DNA of 64,000 nucleotides, from NCBI GenBank assembly GCA_902570905.1, contig CACFZX010000001.1:786-64785 (forward strand), given 5' to 3'. Each line of letters opens with the position of its first letter. The first letter of the stretch is position 1. Positions 10,296-20,973 of the stretch are shown here, in pieces. The stretch comes from an uncultured Pelagibacteraceae bacterium. Lineage in GTDB: Bacteria; Pseudomonadota; Alphaproteobacteria; Pelagibacterales; Pelagibacteraceae. A program made the position numbers and the translations under genes. The notes beneath the pieces were generated by a model. The model did no database searches. It saw nothing but the letters and a program-made list of their open reading frames with translations, and was not told the origin of the DNA.

Positions 10296-11629
10296 ACTAA
10301 TTTTTCATTATCTAACCAAGAAACATTAAAATCTGAGTCTATAAATTTTTTATGATTTAATAATTTTTTGTGCAAGGGTATTGTTGTTGTAATCCCCTCG
10401 ATTACAAACTCTTCAAGTGATCTGTTCATTCTTTGAATAGCTTCAGTTCTATTTCTGCCATGACATATCAACTTGCATACCATGCTATCATAGTAAGGTG
10501 TAATATTATACCCTTGATAGATAGATCCATCTACTCTAGTTCTAAATCCAGAAGGCTGATGACACATACTTATAGTTCCAGGAGAGGGTTGAAAATTTTT
10601 GCTTGGATCTTCCGCATTTATTCTACATTCAATAGCGTGACCTCTAGGATTAATATCAGATTGTTTTAAAGCAGTTTCACCAGTATACGCTATCCATATT
10701 TGTTCCTTAATAATATCTATTCCTGTAACCATCTCTGATACTGGGTGTTCTACCTGAACTCTTGTATTCATCTCCAAAAAATAAAATTTTCCATCTTGAT
10801 AAATAAACTCTACTGTTCCAGCTCCCTCATATCCAATTTTAGTTACCATGTTTACAGTTTTATTAAACAGATCTTTTCTAATTTCATCATTTAAAACAGG
10901 GCTAGGAGTTTCTTCTATCAATTTTTGATGTCTTCTTTGAACAGAACAATCTCTTTCATGAAGATGAACAGTTCCATTTTTTCCTGATAAAACCTGAACC
11001 TCTATATGTCTAGGATTTTGAAAAAATTTTTCTATGTATACTTCATCATTACCAAAGTATTTTTTTGCTTCAGATTTTGCAGTTGCAAATAAATCATCAA
11101 ACTCTTTTTCATTTTTAACTATTTTCATACCTTTTCCACCTCCACCACCTGAGGCTTTGATAAGTATTGGATAACCAATTTTTTTACATAATTCTTTGGC
11201 ATCATTTTTATCTTTTATTCCACCTTCTGATCCTTCAATGACTGGCAATCCATTTTCCCTAGCTATTATTTTAGCTTGTATTTTGTCTCCCATTTGTTTT
11301 ATTAAATTTGAAGAGGGACCAATAAATTTAATTTTATTATCTTCTAAAATTTTCGCAAAATTGAAGTTTTCAGATAAAAAACCATAACCTGGATGAACTG
11401 CTTCAGAATTAGTTAATTCAATTGCTGAAAGTATAGCTGGTATATTTAAATAACTATTTGCAGGCTGGTGTGAACCCACACAAATACTTTCATCGGCTAA
11501 TTTGACATGCATACTTTCACGATCAACATTTGAATGAATTGCAACTGTAGAAATACCCCATTCTTTACAAGCTCTAATAATTCTTACAGCAATTTCACCT
11601 CTATTTGCTATTAATATTTTTTTGAACAT
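10292..11629 (-). CDS. accC: Acetyl-CoA carboxylase biotin carboxylase subunit
   Basis: KILIANRGEIA, HPGYGFLSEN, GGGGKGM, RDCSVQRRHQK, EMNTRVQVEH. Confidence 0.97.
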   Translation of the reverse strand: MFKKILIANRGEIAVRIIRACKEWGISTVAIHSNVDRESMHVKLADESICVGSHQPANSYLNIPAILSAIELTNSEAVHPGYGFLSENFNFAKILEDNKIKFIGPSSNLIKQMGDKIQAKIIARENGLPVIEGSEGGIKDKNDAKELCKKIGYPILIKASGGGGGKGMKIVKNEKEFDDLFATAKSEAKKYFGNDEVYIEKFFQNPRHIEVQVLSGKNGTVHLHERDCSVQRRHQKLIEETPSPVLNDEIRKDLFNKTVNMVTKIGYEGAGTVEFIYQDGKFYFLEMNTRVQVEHPVSEMVTGIDIIKEQIWIAYTGETALKQSDINPRGHAIECRINAEDPSKNFQPSPGTISMCHQPSGFRTRVDGSIYQGYNITPYYDSMVCKLICHGRNRTEAIQRMNRSLEEFVIEGITTTIPLHKKLLNHKKFIDSDFNVSWLDNEKLV

Positions 11630-12057
11630 TAATTTAAAACGACAATTACTTGGTCAAATTCTACTGGCTGACCATCGCTTACACATATTTCTTTAACCAC
11701 ACCATCAGATGGAGATGGAACATGATTCATAGTCTTCATTGCTTCTACTATCATTAGTGTATCACCTTTTTTAACTTTTTTTCCAATTTCTATAAATTTT
11801 TTTCCACCTGGTTCAGGAGCAAGATAAGCAGTACCAATAATTGGTGAAGTAACCTTGTTTCCAGATGCTGCTTCTTTTTCTATTTTATTTTTACCAGCTG
11901 AAACTTCCACCCTCGGTGTTTTTTCACTTGAAGATATGAAACTTGATGCTTTTGATACTTTAATTTTGAAATCTTTTTCACTATATTCAATTTCAGTTAA
12001 ATTGAATTCACTTAAATAATCTGTAAGTTCTTTAATTAGTTTTTTATCAATTTTCAT
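11629..12057 (-). CDS. accB: Biotin carboxyl carrier protein
   Basis: EAMKTMN biotinylation motif. Confidence 0.96.
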   Translation of the reverse strand: MKIDKKLIKELTDYLSEFNLTEIEYSEKDFKIKVSKASSFISSSEKTPRVEVSAGKNKIEKEAASGNKVTSPIIGTAYLAPEPGGKKFIEIGKKVKKGDTLMIVEAMKTMNHVPSPSDGVVKEICVSDGQPVEFDQVIVVLN

Positions 12058-12490
12058 TTTTTAGCAATTCTTGCATTGCATTTATGGCTAAAATATAGCC
12101 ATCTGAGCCTAGGCCGCAAATAATTCCAGTTACAACATCTGAAATTAATGATTTTTGACGAAATTCCTCTCTTTTATAAATATTTGAGATATGAAGTTCA
12201 ATCTTTGGTTTTTTAAAAATATTCAAAGCATCCCTGATAGATACAGATGTATGTGTGTATCCAGCAGCGTTTATAATTATGCCATCAAATGATTTAATCG
12301 ACTCTTGAATTTTTCCAACTATTTCTCCTTCTAGATTAGATTGAAAAAAATCAATATTTAGTCCAATTTTTTTAGCATGCTCTAAGCATTTTGATTTAAG
12401 TTCATTAAAACTAATGCTACCATATTGAGATTGTTCTCTCTTGCCTAATAGATTAAGATTTGGACCATTAATTAAAATTATATTATTCAC
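12047..12490 (-). CDS. aroQ: Type II 3-dehydroquinate dehydratase
   Basis: NGPNLNLLG.RE..YG, N.A.YTHTS, ELHISNI..RE.FR. Confidence 0.96.
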   Translation of the reverse strand: MNNIILINGPNLNLLGKREQSQYGSISFNELKSKCLEHAKKIGLNIDFFQSNLEGEIVGKIQESIKSFDGIIINAAGYTHTSVSIRDALNIFKKPKIELHISNIYKREEFRQKSLISDVVTGIICGLGSDGYILAINAMQELLKNEN

Positions 12491-12506
12491 AGTAAGCTTA
12501 TATTAC

Positions 12507-12725
12507 ATGAAGGTTAAAAATAAAATAAAAATTCAATTAAATGGAAAAAAAATCCAGATTAATAATAATGAATCACTAAAAAAATTAGTTGAAAGACTAA
12601 ATTTACCCTTAAACAAAGTGGCAATAGAATTAAATAAAAAAATTATAGATAAAAAAAAAATAAATATAATAAAATTGAATAATAATGATATCATAGAAGT
12701 TGTCCATTTTATTGGAGGGGGGTGA
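12507..12725 (+). CDS. thiS: Sulfur carrier protein ThiS
   Basis: C-terminal [15 protein letters not shown]; ATG at 12507 avoids overlap with aroQ. Confidence 0.92.
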   Translation: MKVKNKIKIQLNGKKIQINNNESLKKLVERLNLPLNKVAIELNKKIIDKKKINIIKLNNNDIIEVVHFIGGG

Positions 12726-13501
12726 TGGAAAAGAGAGATCTTATAATTGTTGCAAATAAAAAGTTCAAATCCAGGCTAATTATTGGTACAGGAAAGTATA
12801 AAACAATGAAACAATGTGCTGAGGCTGTAAAAATATCAGGTGCAGAAATAGTAACAGTTGCTGTTAGGAGAGTTAATATAAGTGATAAAAAGAAACCACT
12901 TTTAATGGACTATATCGACCCAAAAAAAATTACATATCTTCCAAACACTGCAGGATGTTTTAATTCTAAAGACGCTTTAAGGACTTTAAGACTTGCAAGA
13001 GAAATAGGTGGATGGAAGTTAGTAAAATTAGAGGTTTTAGGTGATAAGAAAAGCTTGTTACCTGAAATGATTGAAACATTAAAATCTACTGAAGTTTTAA
13101 CAAAAGAAGGTTTTAAGGTAATGGTCTATTGTAATGATGATCCTTTAATGGCAAAAAGATTAGAAAATGCTGGCGCATCAGCAATAATGCCATTGGCTGC
13201 ACCGATTGGTTCTGGTTTAGGCATTCAAAATAAATTAAATATTAAAATTATAAGGCAACTAACAAAATTACCATTAATAATTGACGCAGGGATTGGTACA
13301 GCGTCAGATGCATCAATCGCAATGGAACTAGGTTGTGATGGAGTTTTAGTAAATACTGCAATAGCTCAAGCAAAAAATCCATTACAAATGGCTGAAGCCA
13401 TGAAATTAGCAGTTATTGCAGGAAGAAAATCTTATTTATCTGGAAGAATAAAGTTTAATATTTTTGGAGGCCCATCATCTCCTACTAAAGGAGTTATTTA
13501 A
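12722..13501 (+). CDS. thiG: Thiazole synthase
   Basis: [42 protein letters not shown]. Confidence 0.96.
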   Translation: MMEKRDLIIVANKKFKSRLIIGTGKYKTMKQCAEAVKISGAEIVTVAVRRVNISDKKKPLLMDYIDPKKITYLPNTAGCFNSKDALRTLRLAREIGGWKLVKLEVLGDKKSLLPEMIETLKSTEVLTKEGFKVMVYCNDDPLMAKRLENAGASAIMPLAAPIGSGLGIQNKLNIKIIRQLTKLPLIIDAGIGTASDASIAMELGCDGVLVNTAIAQAKNPLQMAEAMKLAVIAGRKSYLSGRIKFNIFGGPSSPTKGVI

Positions 13502-15266
13502 TTTTTTTTTTGAAATATTTTTTTTTATAAAATTTCTTCTTTTTAACATCTTTTTTTTTATTTATAAATTTTTTATCTTTATTTTCTTTTTCAGGTATAT
13601 ATTTTTTGAATAGTGAAATTTTTTCAATTTTATCAATTACTTTATTGGTTCTCGAGTAAAATTCTAATTTGTAATCGGAAAAACCAAGCAAATTATCATC
13701 AAAAATGTTTATTTCAATCTGATTTTTATTCTGAAAATATTTTAAATCATCAACATAGCTTTCCTGAATAAAACTAGTAATCCTTTGGTTAGCATACATT
13801 TTAATTATTTTAGATTTATTTTCTAAAGATTTTAGCTCTATTAATTTAAGCAGTTTTAAAGCAAACGTTTCTTTTGACAAGTTTATTTCCCACTTGATAC
13901 TACTTTCTCTTAATCTTTGTCTTGACATTTCAAGTAGTCCAAAATTACTAATTCTTCCGATTTGAATCCTTGCTCTGTCAGATCTACAATTATCTTTTAA
14001 TTTTCTTTCAACTTGTCGTCTATTACCAAAATTTAGCATATCTATAAAATCAATTATTATTAAACCTGACAAGTCCCTAATTTTTATTTGTCTGGAAATT
14101 TCATCTGCAGCCTCAAGGTTTGTATCTAAAGCTGTACTTTCAACATTCTTTTGTTTAATAGATTTTCCAGAGTTTACATCTATTGAAACCAAAGCTTCCG
14201 TTGGATTTATAACAAGATATCCACCTGACTCCAGTTTAACTTCAGTCTCAAATATTTGAAATAATTTTGACTCTATTTTCTCTTTTGAAAAAAGAGCAAT
14301 TTTATCTCTATATTTTTTTATTTTTTTTACGTGGGATGGCATCATCAATTTCATATAATTTTTTGTTTTTTGATATCCTTCATTTCCTTCAACATAAATA
14401 TTTTGAGTTTCTTCATCGTACATATCTCTTAAAGACCTTTTAATCACATCACTTTCTTGGTGAATTATAGATGGAGCAATAGAATTCATGGCATTCTCTT
14501 TAATTGTATTCCATACTTTAACTAAATTTTCTAAATCATTTTCTATTTCATTTTTAGTCTTATTTGAGCCAGCAGTTCTAACTATAATACCCATGTCGCT
14601 TGGTATAACAATTTCATTTAAAATATTCCTAATTTTTTTTCTTTCCGCAGGGTTAAAAATTTTTCTAGATATTCCCCCACCTTTAGCTGTGTTTGGCATT
14701 AAAACTATATATTTACCCGCAATAGATATAAATGTACTTAGCGCAGCTCCTTTCAAGCCTCTTTCATCTTTCAAAACTTGTACTAAGATTACTTGGTTTG
14801 GTTTAATAACTTCTTGAATTTTATATTTTTTTATAGGATATTTTTTTAGATTTTTAACTTCATCAACATCATTTGAACTTTCATATTTTTCTATTGGATC
14901 AATTTTATTTAAATTCTCTTCCACTCCATCTATAATTTTTTGATCATTTTTTTCACTTTCTTTAATTAATTCTTCCCTAGCTTTTTCTTCTTGAGCTTTT
15001 AATAATTCTAAATCACTTGAAGGAATTTGATAATAATCAGATTGTATATCATTAAAGGATAAAAAACCGTGCCTATCTCTACCAAAATCCACAAATGCAG
15101 CTTGAAGAGATGGTTCTACTCTGCTTACTTTTCCAAGATAAATATTATTTTTTATTAGAGTATTATTTACGCTTTCGTACTCGTAATCTTCAATATTATC
15201 ATTATTCTTAAGTACAACTCTGGTCTCACTTGGATGCGATGCATCAATATATAAATTTTTTGCCAT
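13494..15266 (-). CDS. rne: Ribonuclease E/G family (compact, no long C-terminal scaffold)
   Basis: [23 protein letters not shown]1 insertion, [24 protein letters not shown]; start MAKNLYIDA at 15266. Confidence 0.93.
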   Translation of the reverse strand: MAKNLYIDASHPSETRVVLKNNDNIEDYEYESVNNTLIKNNIYLGKVSRVEPSLQAAFVDFGRDRHGFLSFNDIQSDYYQIPSSDLELLKAQEEKAREELIKESEKNDQKIIDGVEENLNKIDPIEKYESSNDVDEVKNLKKYPIKKYKIQEVIKPNQVILVQVLKDERGLKGAALSTFISIAGKYIVLMPNTAKGGGISRKIFNPAERKKIRNILNEIVIPSDMGIIVRTAGSNKTKNEIENDLENLVKVWNTIKENAMNSIAPSIIHQESDVIKRSLRDMYDEETQNIYVEGNEGYQKTKNYMKLMMPSHVKKIKKYRDKIALFSKEKIESKLFQIFETEVKLESGGYLVINPTEALVSIDVNSGKSIKQKNVESTALDTNLEAADEISRQIKIRDLSGLIIIDFIDMLNFGNRRQVERKLKDNCRSDRARIQIGRISNFGLLEMSRQRLRESSIKWEINLSKETFALKLLKLIELKSLENKSKIIKMYANQRITSFIQESYVDDLKYFQNKNQIEINIFDDNLLGFSDYKLEFYSRTNKVIDKIEKISLFKKYIPEKENKDKKFINKKKDVKKKKFYKKKYFKKKIK

Positions 15267-15341
15267 AATAGTTTTTTGATTTCTGTTTTCATAAATTCTG
15301 TGCCACAACATTAACAAATTCAGAAGCTAAATTATACAAAA

Positions 15342-17678
15342 ATGAGTAGAATATTAAAAAAAACTATTGTGGCTATTTTGAGCATAAGTCTAATATGTTT
15401 CTTATTGGTGATATCTATTTTATGGACATATTCAAATCAGCTACCTGATTATAAGTTTTTAAAAAACTATAAACCACCTGTATCGAGTAAATTATATTCC
15501 GGTAGTGGTGAACTTGTTAACGACTATTCAACTGAAAAAAGAATCTTCATTCCATACAATTCAATACCAAAGATAGTGATAAATGCATTCCTTTCTGCTG
15601 AAGATAAAAATTTTTATTCTCATCCTGGTGTTGATGCCAAAGGAGTATTGAGAGCTATAATTAAAAATATTGATAATATCTTGTCATCTAAAAGATTAGA
15701 GGGCGCTTCAACAATTACTCAGCAAGTTGCTAAAAATTTTTTATTATCAAATGAAGTAAGTTTAAATAGAAAGATTAAAGAAGCTATATTAGCATTCAGA
15801 ATTGAAAGAGTTCTTTCAAAGGAGAGAATTCTAGAATTATATTTAAATCAAATTTATCTAGGTGAAGGATCCTATGGGATTGCTTCAGCTAGTTTAGAAT
15901 ATTTTAATAAACCAATAAGTAAATTAAATTATGCAGAAGCATCGATTTTAGCTATGCTACCTAAAGCACCGAGTAGGTATAATCCATTTAAAAATAAAGA
16001 ATTAGCAAAATTTAGACGAAACTTGGTTATTAAAAATCTTTTTGAAAATTCCTACATAGACAAAGATAGCTACAACAAATTAGTTAGCAAAGATATTATC
16101 TTAAATAAAAGAAAAAAAATTTATTTAGAAGACGCAAATTATTATGTTGAGGATGTAAGAAAATCATTAGTTAATAAATTTGGTTTTGATAAAGTTTATA
16201 AACAAGGTTTTACAATTAAAACTCCATTAGATTTAAATTTACAAGCAGTTGCATCAGAGTCTTTAAGACAGGGTTTAATAACTTATGATAAACGCAAAGG
16301 ATGGAGGGGGCCATTAAACAATACTAGCAACATTGAGAATTGGGATATAGATCTAAAAAAATATGACTTAGAAAAAAATATTAATTGGGAACTAGCAATC
16401 GTAAAAAAAATAAATAAATTTTCTGTAGATATTCAAACAAAAGAAAAAAAAAATGGAAAAATAACATACGAAAATATTTCATGGACTAAAAAAGAGTTAG
16501 ATGAGTTATTTAAAATAGGGGATATTATTTATGTTAAATATTTAAATAATAACAAATATAGTCTTAAACAAATTCCGAAAGCTAATGGGGGCATTGTTGT
16601 GATGGACCCTTATACTGGCAGGGTTTTAGCAATGTCAGGAGGATTTAGTTTCAAAAAAAGTGAATTTAATAGATCCTCCCAAGCTTTGAGACAGCCTGGT
16701 TCTGCATTTAAGCCATTTGTTTATGCATTAGCATTAGAAAATAATTATACACCATCAACATTAATTCTAGATGCTCCAATTGTTTTAAATCAAGGAGTAG
16801 ATCTTAAAAAATGGAAACCAGAAAACTACGGTAAAAAATTTTACGGACTATCGACTTTAAGAACGGGTGTTGAAAAATCTAGAAATTTAATGACTGTAAG
16901 AATAGCACAAGAAATAGGAGTAGATAAAATAGCTAAATTTTCTGAACAATTAAATATTTATGAAAATCCCGAAGAATTAATATCGATGTCTCTTGGTTCT
17001 GCTGAAACAACTTTGTTAAAATTAACATCTGCCTATTGTTCATTTGTAAATGGTGGTAAATTAATACAACCAATTTTAGTTGATAGAATTCAGGACAGTG
17101 AAGGATTTACAATCTATAATTCTGAAAAAAGAGAATGCAAAAATTGCAAAGATATTTCATACTTAAGTAAAAATCTTCCAAAAATAGAGGATGATTTCCC
17201 CCGTGTATTTTCTGAACAAACAGCCTATCAAATAACCTCTATATTAGAGGGAGTAATTAAAAGAGGTACAGGAAAAAAACTTAAGGATTTAAATTTAGAT
17301 ATTGCTGGAAAAACAGGTACAACAAATGAAAACACCGATGCATGGTTTATTGGTTATACTTCAAATTTAGTAATAGGCGTATATGTAGGTTTTGATGAAC
17401 CAAAAACTTTAGGAAAATATGAAACTGGTTCAAAGACCGCTTTACCAATTTTTAAATCATTTATTAAAAATGCTGTTAAAAAGGAAAATGCTAGACCATT
17501 TAAAGTAGCTAAAAATGTAGAAATGATGGTTATAGACGGAAAAACAGGCAAAAAAGCTGATTTTGGATCTGGAGAAATTATAATTGAGTCGTTCAAAAAA
17601 AATACAATTGAAAAAAAAATATTTAAGGGTAATGATAATTTTATAGCAACAAAAAATAATATTTTAAAATTTTATTAA
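15342..17678 (+). CDS. mrcA: Penicillin-binding protein 1A (bifunctional glycosyltransferase/transpeptidase)
   Basis: EDKNFYSH.G.D, GASTITQQ, RKIKE; transpeptidase motifs SAFK, SRN, KTGT. Confidence 0.94.
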   Translation: MSRILKKTIVAILSISLICFLLVISILWTYSNQLPDYKFLKNYKPPVSSKLYSGSGELVNDYSTEKRIFIPYNSIPKIVINAFLSAEDKNFYSHPGVDAKGVLRAIIKNIDNILSSKRLEGASTITQQVAKNFLLSNEVSLNRKIKEAILAFRIERVLSKERILELYLNQIYLGEGSYGIASASLEYFNKPISKLNYAEASILAMLPKAPSRYNPFKNKELAKFRRNLVIKNLFENSYIDKDSYNKLVSKDIILNKRKKIYLEDANYYVEDVRKSLVNKFGFDKVYKQGFTIKTPLDLNLQAVASESLRQGLITYDKRKGWRGPLNNTSNIENWDIDLKKYDLEKNINWELAIVKKINKFSVDIQTKEKKNGKITYENISWTKKELDELFKIGDIIYVKYLNNNKYSLKQIPKANGGIVVMDPYTGRVLAMSGGFSFKKSEFNRSSQALRQPGSAFKPFVYALALENNYTPSTLILDAPIVLNQGVDLKKWKPENYGKKFYGLSTLRTGVEKSRNLMTVRIAQEIGVDKIAKFSEQLNIYENPEELISMSLGSAETTLLKLTSAYCSFVNGGKLIQPILVDRIQDSEGFTIYNSEKRECKNCKDISYLSKNLPKIEDDFPRVFSEQTAYQITSILEGVIKRGTGKKLKDLNLDIAGKTGTTNENTDAWFIGYTSNLVIGVYVGFDEPKTLGKYETGSKTALPIFKSFIKNAVKKENARPFKVAKNVEMMVIDGKTGKKADFGSGEIIIESFKKNTIEKKIFKGNDNFIATKNNILKFY

Positions 17679-18776
17679 TGGAAACTGATATATTAAAATA
17701 TAAACTAAGCATAGAGAATGCCAATAAAAGAATTAAGGAGTTTCTTTGAGAAGCAAGGCATTAAGTCAAAATTAGTTGAAATAAACAAATTAATATTAAA
17801 TTCAGATTTTTGGGAAAATAAATCAAATTCAGAAAAAATCTTAAAAGAAAAAAAGATATATGATGAATTAATTAATTCATATAAAAATTCTTTTCAAAAA
17901 TGTAATGAAATAATAGAGTTTTATAATCTAGCAAAAGAAGAAAATAATATTGAATTAGTAAAAGAATCAATAATTAATCTTAAGGAATTAAATAAAAAAG
18001 TTAAACAAAATGAAATTAAGTGCTTTTTATCAAATGAAGCTGACCCTTTAAATGTGTATCTAGAAATACATGCTGGAGCTGGAGGAACAGAAAGTCAGGA
18101 TTGGGCTGAAATGTTAAGAAGGATGTATTTAAAATGGGCTTCTAGCAAAAACTACAATTACCAATTAATAAGTGAACACAAGGGAGATGAAGCAGGTATA
18201 AAATCTTCAACTATAAAAATTGATGGAAATTATGTCTATGGTTTTTTAAAAGCAGAGTCAGGTATTCATAGATTGGTAAGAATTTCTCCTTTTGACTCTG
18301 GTGCTAGAAGACACACTAGTTTTGCTAGTGTTTGGGTATATCCAGTAATAGATGAGAGTATAAAAGTTGATATTCAAGAAAAAGATTTAAGAATTGATAC
18401 CTACAGATCTAGTGGAGCAGGCGGACAACACGTGAATACAACAGATAGCGCAGTTAGAATTACTCATTTACCGACTAAAATTGTAGTACAATGCCAAAAT
18501 GACAGGTCACAACACAAAAATAAAGAAACTTGCATGAACATGCTTAAAGCAAGGTTATATGAATTTAAGTTAAAAAAAAAAGAAGAGGAACTGAAAAGTG
18601 AAGAACAATCTAAATCTGATATAGGTTGGGGACATCAAATTAGATCTTACATACTTCATCCTTACAGGCTAGTTAAAGATAATAGAACAAATTATGAAAG
18701 CTCAAATCCTGATAAAATTTTAGATGGCGAAATAGATGATTTTTTAGAAAGCTCTTTATTTAAACTAAATGACTAA
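17678..18776 (+). CDS. prfB: Peptide chain release factor 2, joined by programmed +1 frameshift
   Basis: SPF and GGQ motifs; true start ATG 17678 overlapping the PBP1A TAA, 23 codons to CTT TGA, then +1 frame continues as the ORF-track ORF. Confidence 0.93.
17735..17750 (+). promoter_or_regulatory. prfB programmed +1 frameshift cassette AAGGAG-TTT-CTT-TGA-G
   Basis: Internal SD 3 nt upstream of the slippery CTT T followed by an in-frame TGA. Confidence 0.9.
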
Positions 18777-20973
18777 AAAAATTATAAAATTATTAGCCCT
18801 AATATCATCTATTATAATTATATTTTGTTTTTATTTAGTAGTTTTTGGTTTGGAAACTTCAAGATTTAATTCATTAATTAAAAAAGAAGTTAAAAATCAA
18901 AATATAAGACTTAGTATTGATCTTAAAAAAGTAAAACTACATTTAGATTTAAAAAATTTTTCATTAAAAATTAAAACAAACGACCCAATTTTGATTATAG
19001 ATAAAGATAAAAAAATTTTACTTCAGGAAATCAGCTCTAATATTAGGATTAATTCTTATTTTCAAAATAAATTTCTTTTAAGCAACATAACTATAATAAC
19101 AAATTATAACGAAATAAAAAAATATATAGATTTATACAGTGTATTTGAGAAAACCCCACAAATAATTTTATTAAATCAATTTGTAAAAAGAGGGAACTTA
19201 AAATTTAAAGCAAATATAAATTTTAATGAAAATGGAAAAATTAAAGATAATTATCAAATTGAAGGTGAAGCAAAAAACATAGATTTTAATATTTTAAAAT
19301 TTCAAAAAATTAAAAGTCTAAATTTTAATTTTGATATTAAGAAAAATATTTATAATTTTAAAGGGATTTTTTTAAACTTTGAAGGTATAAAATTTATCTC
19401 AGATAACATTTCAATATCAAAAGAAAAAAAAAATTTTATAGTTAAAGGATCTTTAAATAACAAAACCCATAAGATAAACCAAAAGTTTGCTAAATTAATA
19501 AAAGATTTAAATTTTGGAAAATTTGATCTTATTAATAAAAATTTTAATTCAAATACTAATTTTTCTTTTAGAATAAATAAAAAATTTAAAATATCTAATT
19601 TTAATTATACTTCTGAAATTAATATAGATGAATTAATATTAAATTATGAAAATAAATTAATTAAAAATTTTTTTATAGAGTATGATAAATCAATCAAATT
19701 TAAAAATAATAAACTTCTAATATCTAATTTAGATAATAAAATTAATGTAAAAGGTAAAGGTGAATATTTAATAAAAGATAAAAATATAGACCAATTTAAT
19801 TTTGAAATCGTAAAAAAAAAGGATAGATATAATTATAACATTTTTATTGATTTAACAAACCAGAAACTGCAAATTAAAGATTTGGAATATATAAAAGACA
19901 GCAAAGTTAAATCATCTATAGATCTAATCGGCAGATTTAAGAAAAATAAAATTGAACTTGTTAGTTTGCGATTTAAGGAAAAAAAAAATTTTGTAAATTT
20001 AAAAAATCTCGACATTAAAAATAATAAAATTCTCAATATTGATAATGTTGATTTAGATTTATCAGCCAATAATAAATTTAGAAACCAGTTTGTTTTAAAA
20101 CGAAAAAATAAAGATTTCTCCCTTGATGCCAAAAGTTTAAATCTTGAGACCTTCATTAATAAAATGTCCGAAAATGATGAAAGTGGAAGTCTCTTTAATA
20201 TTTTTGATAACTTAAATTCAAAAATAGAAATTAATATTGCTAAAGCTAATTTAGATAGTGAGAGTGAAATAAATAATGTTAGGGGTTTTGTAGAAATTAA
20301 AAAAAATAAGATATTTAATGTGAATTTAAATTCAAGTTTTTCAGATCAAGAAAAAATATTTTTAATAATAAAAACAAATAGTGATAATTCTGTAATAACT
20401 AATTTTTCATCAGATAGAGCTAAACCGTTTGTTAAAAAATATAAATTTATTAAAGGTTTTGATGGAGGCAATATTGATTTTTCTTCCTCCCAAATAGGAA
20501 GAGTAACTAAATCAAAATTAATTATTGATAATTTTAAAGTTCAGGAAGTTCCAATTTTAGCTAAAATTTTAACTTTGGCATCACTTCAAGGTATAGCAGA
20601 TTTATTAACTGGTGAAGGAATTAGATTTACTGATTTTGAAATGATTTATTCAAAAAAAGGAAAAGTAACAACTATAGATGAAATCTATTCAATTGGCCCC
20701 GCTATTTCAATCATGCTGGACGGTTACGTAGAAGAAGCAAAACTTGTAAGTCTTAGAGGAACATTGGTTCCAGCTACTACAATAAATAGAACAATTTCAT
20801 CGATACCCTTATTAGGAGATATTTTGGTAGGAAATAAAGTTGGAGAAGGTGTCTTTGGTGTAAGTTTTAAAATTAAAGGGAATCCTAAAAATTTAAAATC
20901 CACCGTTAATCCAATAAAAACTTTAACTCCAAGATTTATCACTAGGACTTTAGAAAATATAAAAAAAAATTAA
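18769..20973 (+). CDS. AsmA-like (YhdP/DUF3971-type) envelope protein
   Basis: N-terminal TM, long beta-rich body, AsmA_2-like C-terminus LASLQGIADLLTGEGIRF...GTLVPA..IN..I..IPLLG.IL.G..GEGVFG. Confidence 0.75.
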   Translation: MTKKIIKLLALISSIIIIFCFYLVVFGLETSRFNSLIKKEVKNQNIRLSIDLKKVKLHLDLKNFSLKIKTNDPILIIDKDKKILLQEISSNIRINSYFQNKFLLSNITIITNYNEIKKYIDLYSVFEKTPQIILLNQFVKRGNLKFKANINFNENGKIKDNYQIEGEAKNIDFNILKFQKIKSLNFNFDIKKNIYNFKGIFLNFEGIKFISDNISISKEKKNFIVKGSLNNKTHKINQKFAKLIKDLNFGKFDLINKNFNSNTNFSFRINKKFKISNFNYTSEINIDELILNYENKLIKNFFIEYDKSIKFKNNKLLISNLDNKINVKGKGEYLIKDKNIDQFNFEIVKKKDRYNYNIFIDLTNQKLQIKDLEYIKDSKVKSSIDLIGRFKKNKIELVSLRFKEKKNFVNLKNLDIKNNKILNIDNVDLDLSANNKFRNQFVLKRKNKDFSLDAKSLNLETFINKMSENDESGSLFNIFDNLNSKIEINIAKANLDSESEINNVRGFVEIKKNKIFNVNLNSSFSDQEKIFLIIKTNSDNSVITNFSSDRAKPFVKKYKFIKGFDGGNIDFSSSQIGRVTKSKLIIDNFKVQEVPILAKILTLASLQGIADLLTGEGIRFTDFEMIYSKKGKVTTIDEIYSIGPAISIMLDGYVEEAKLVSLRGTLVPATTINRTISSIPLLGDILVGNKVGEGVFGVSFKIKGNPKNLKSTVNPIKTLTPRFITRTLENIKKN

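Noticed and set aside
17718-17750. ORF-track start for RF2 (MPIKELRSF)
   Set aside because: Artefact of the programmed frameshift; the real start is 17678
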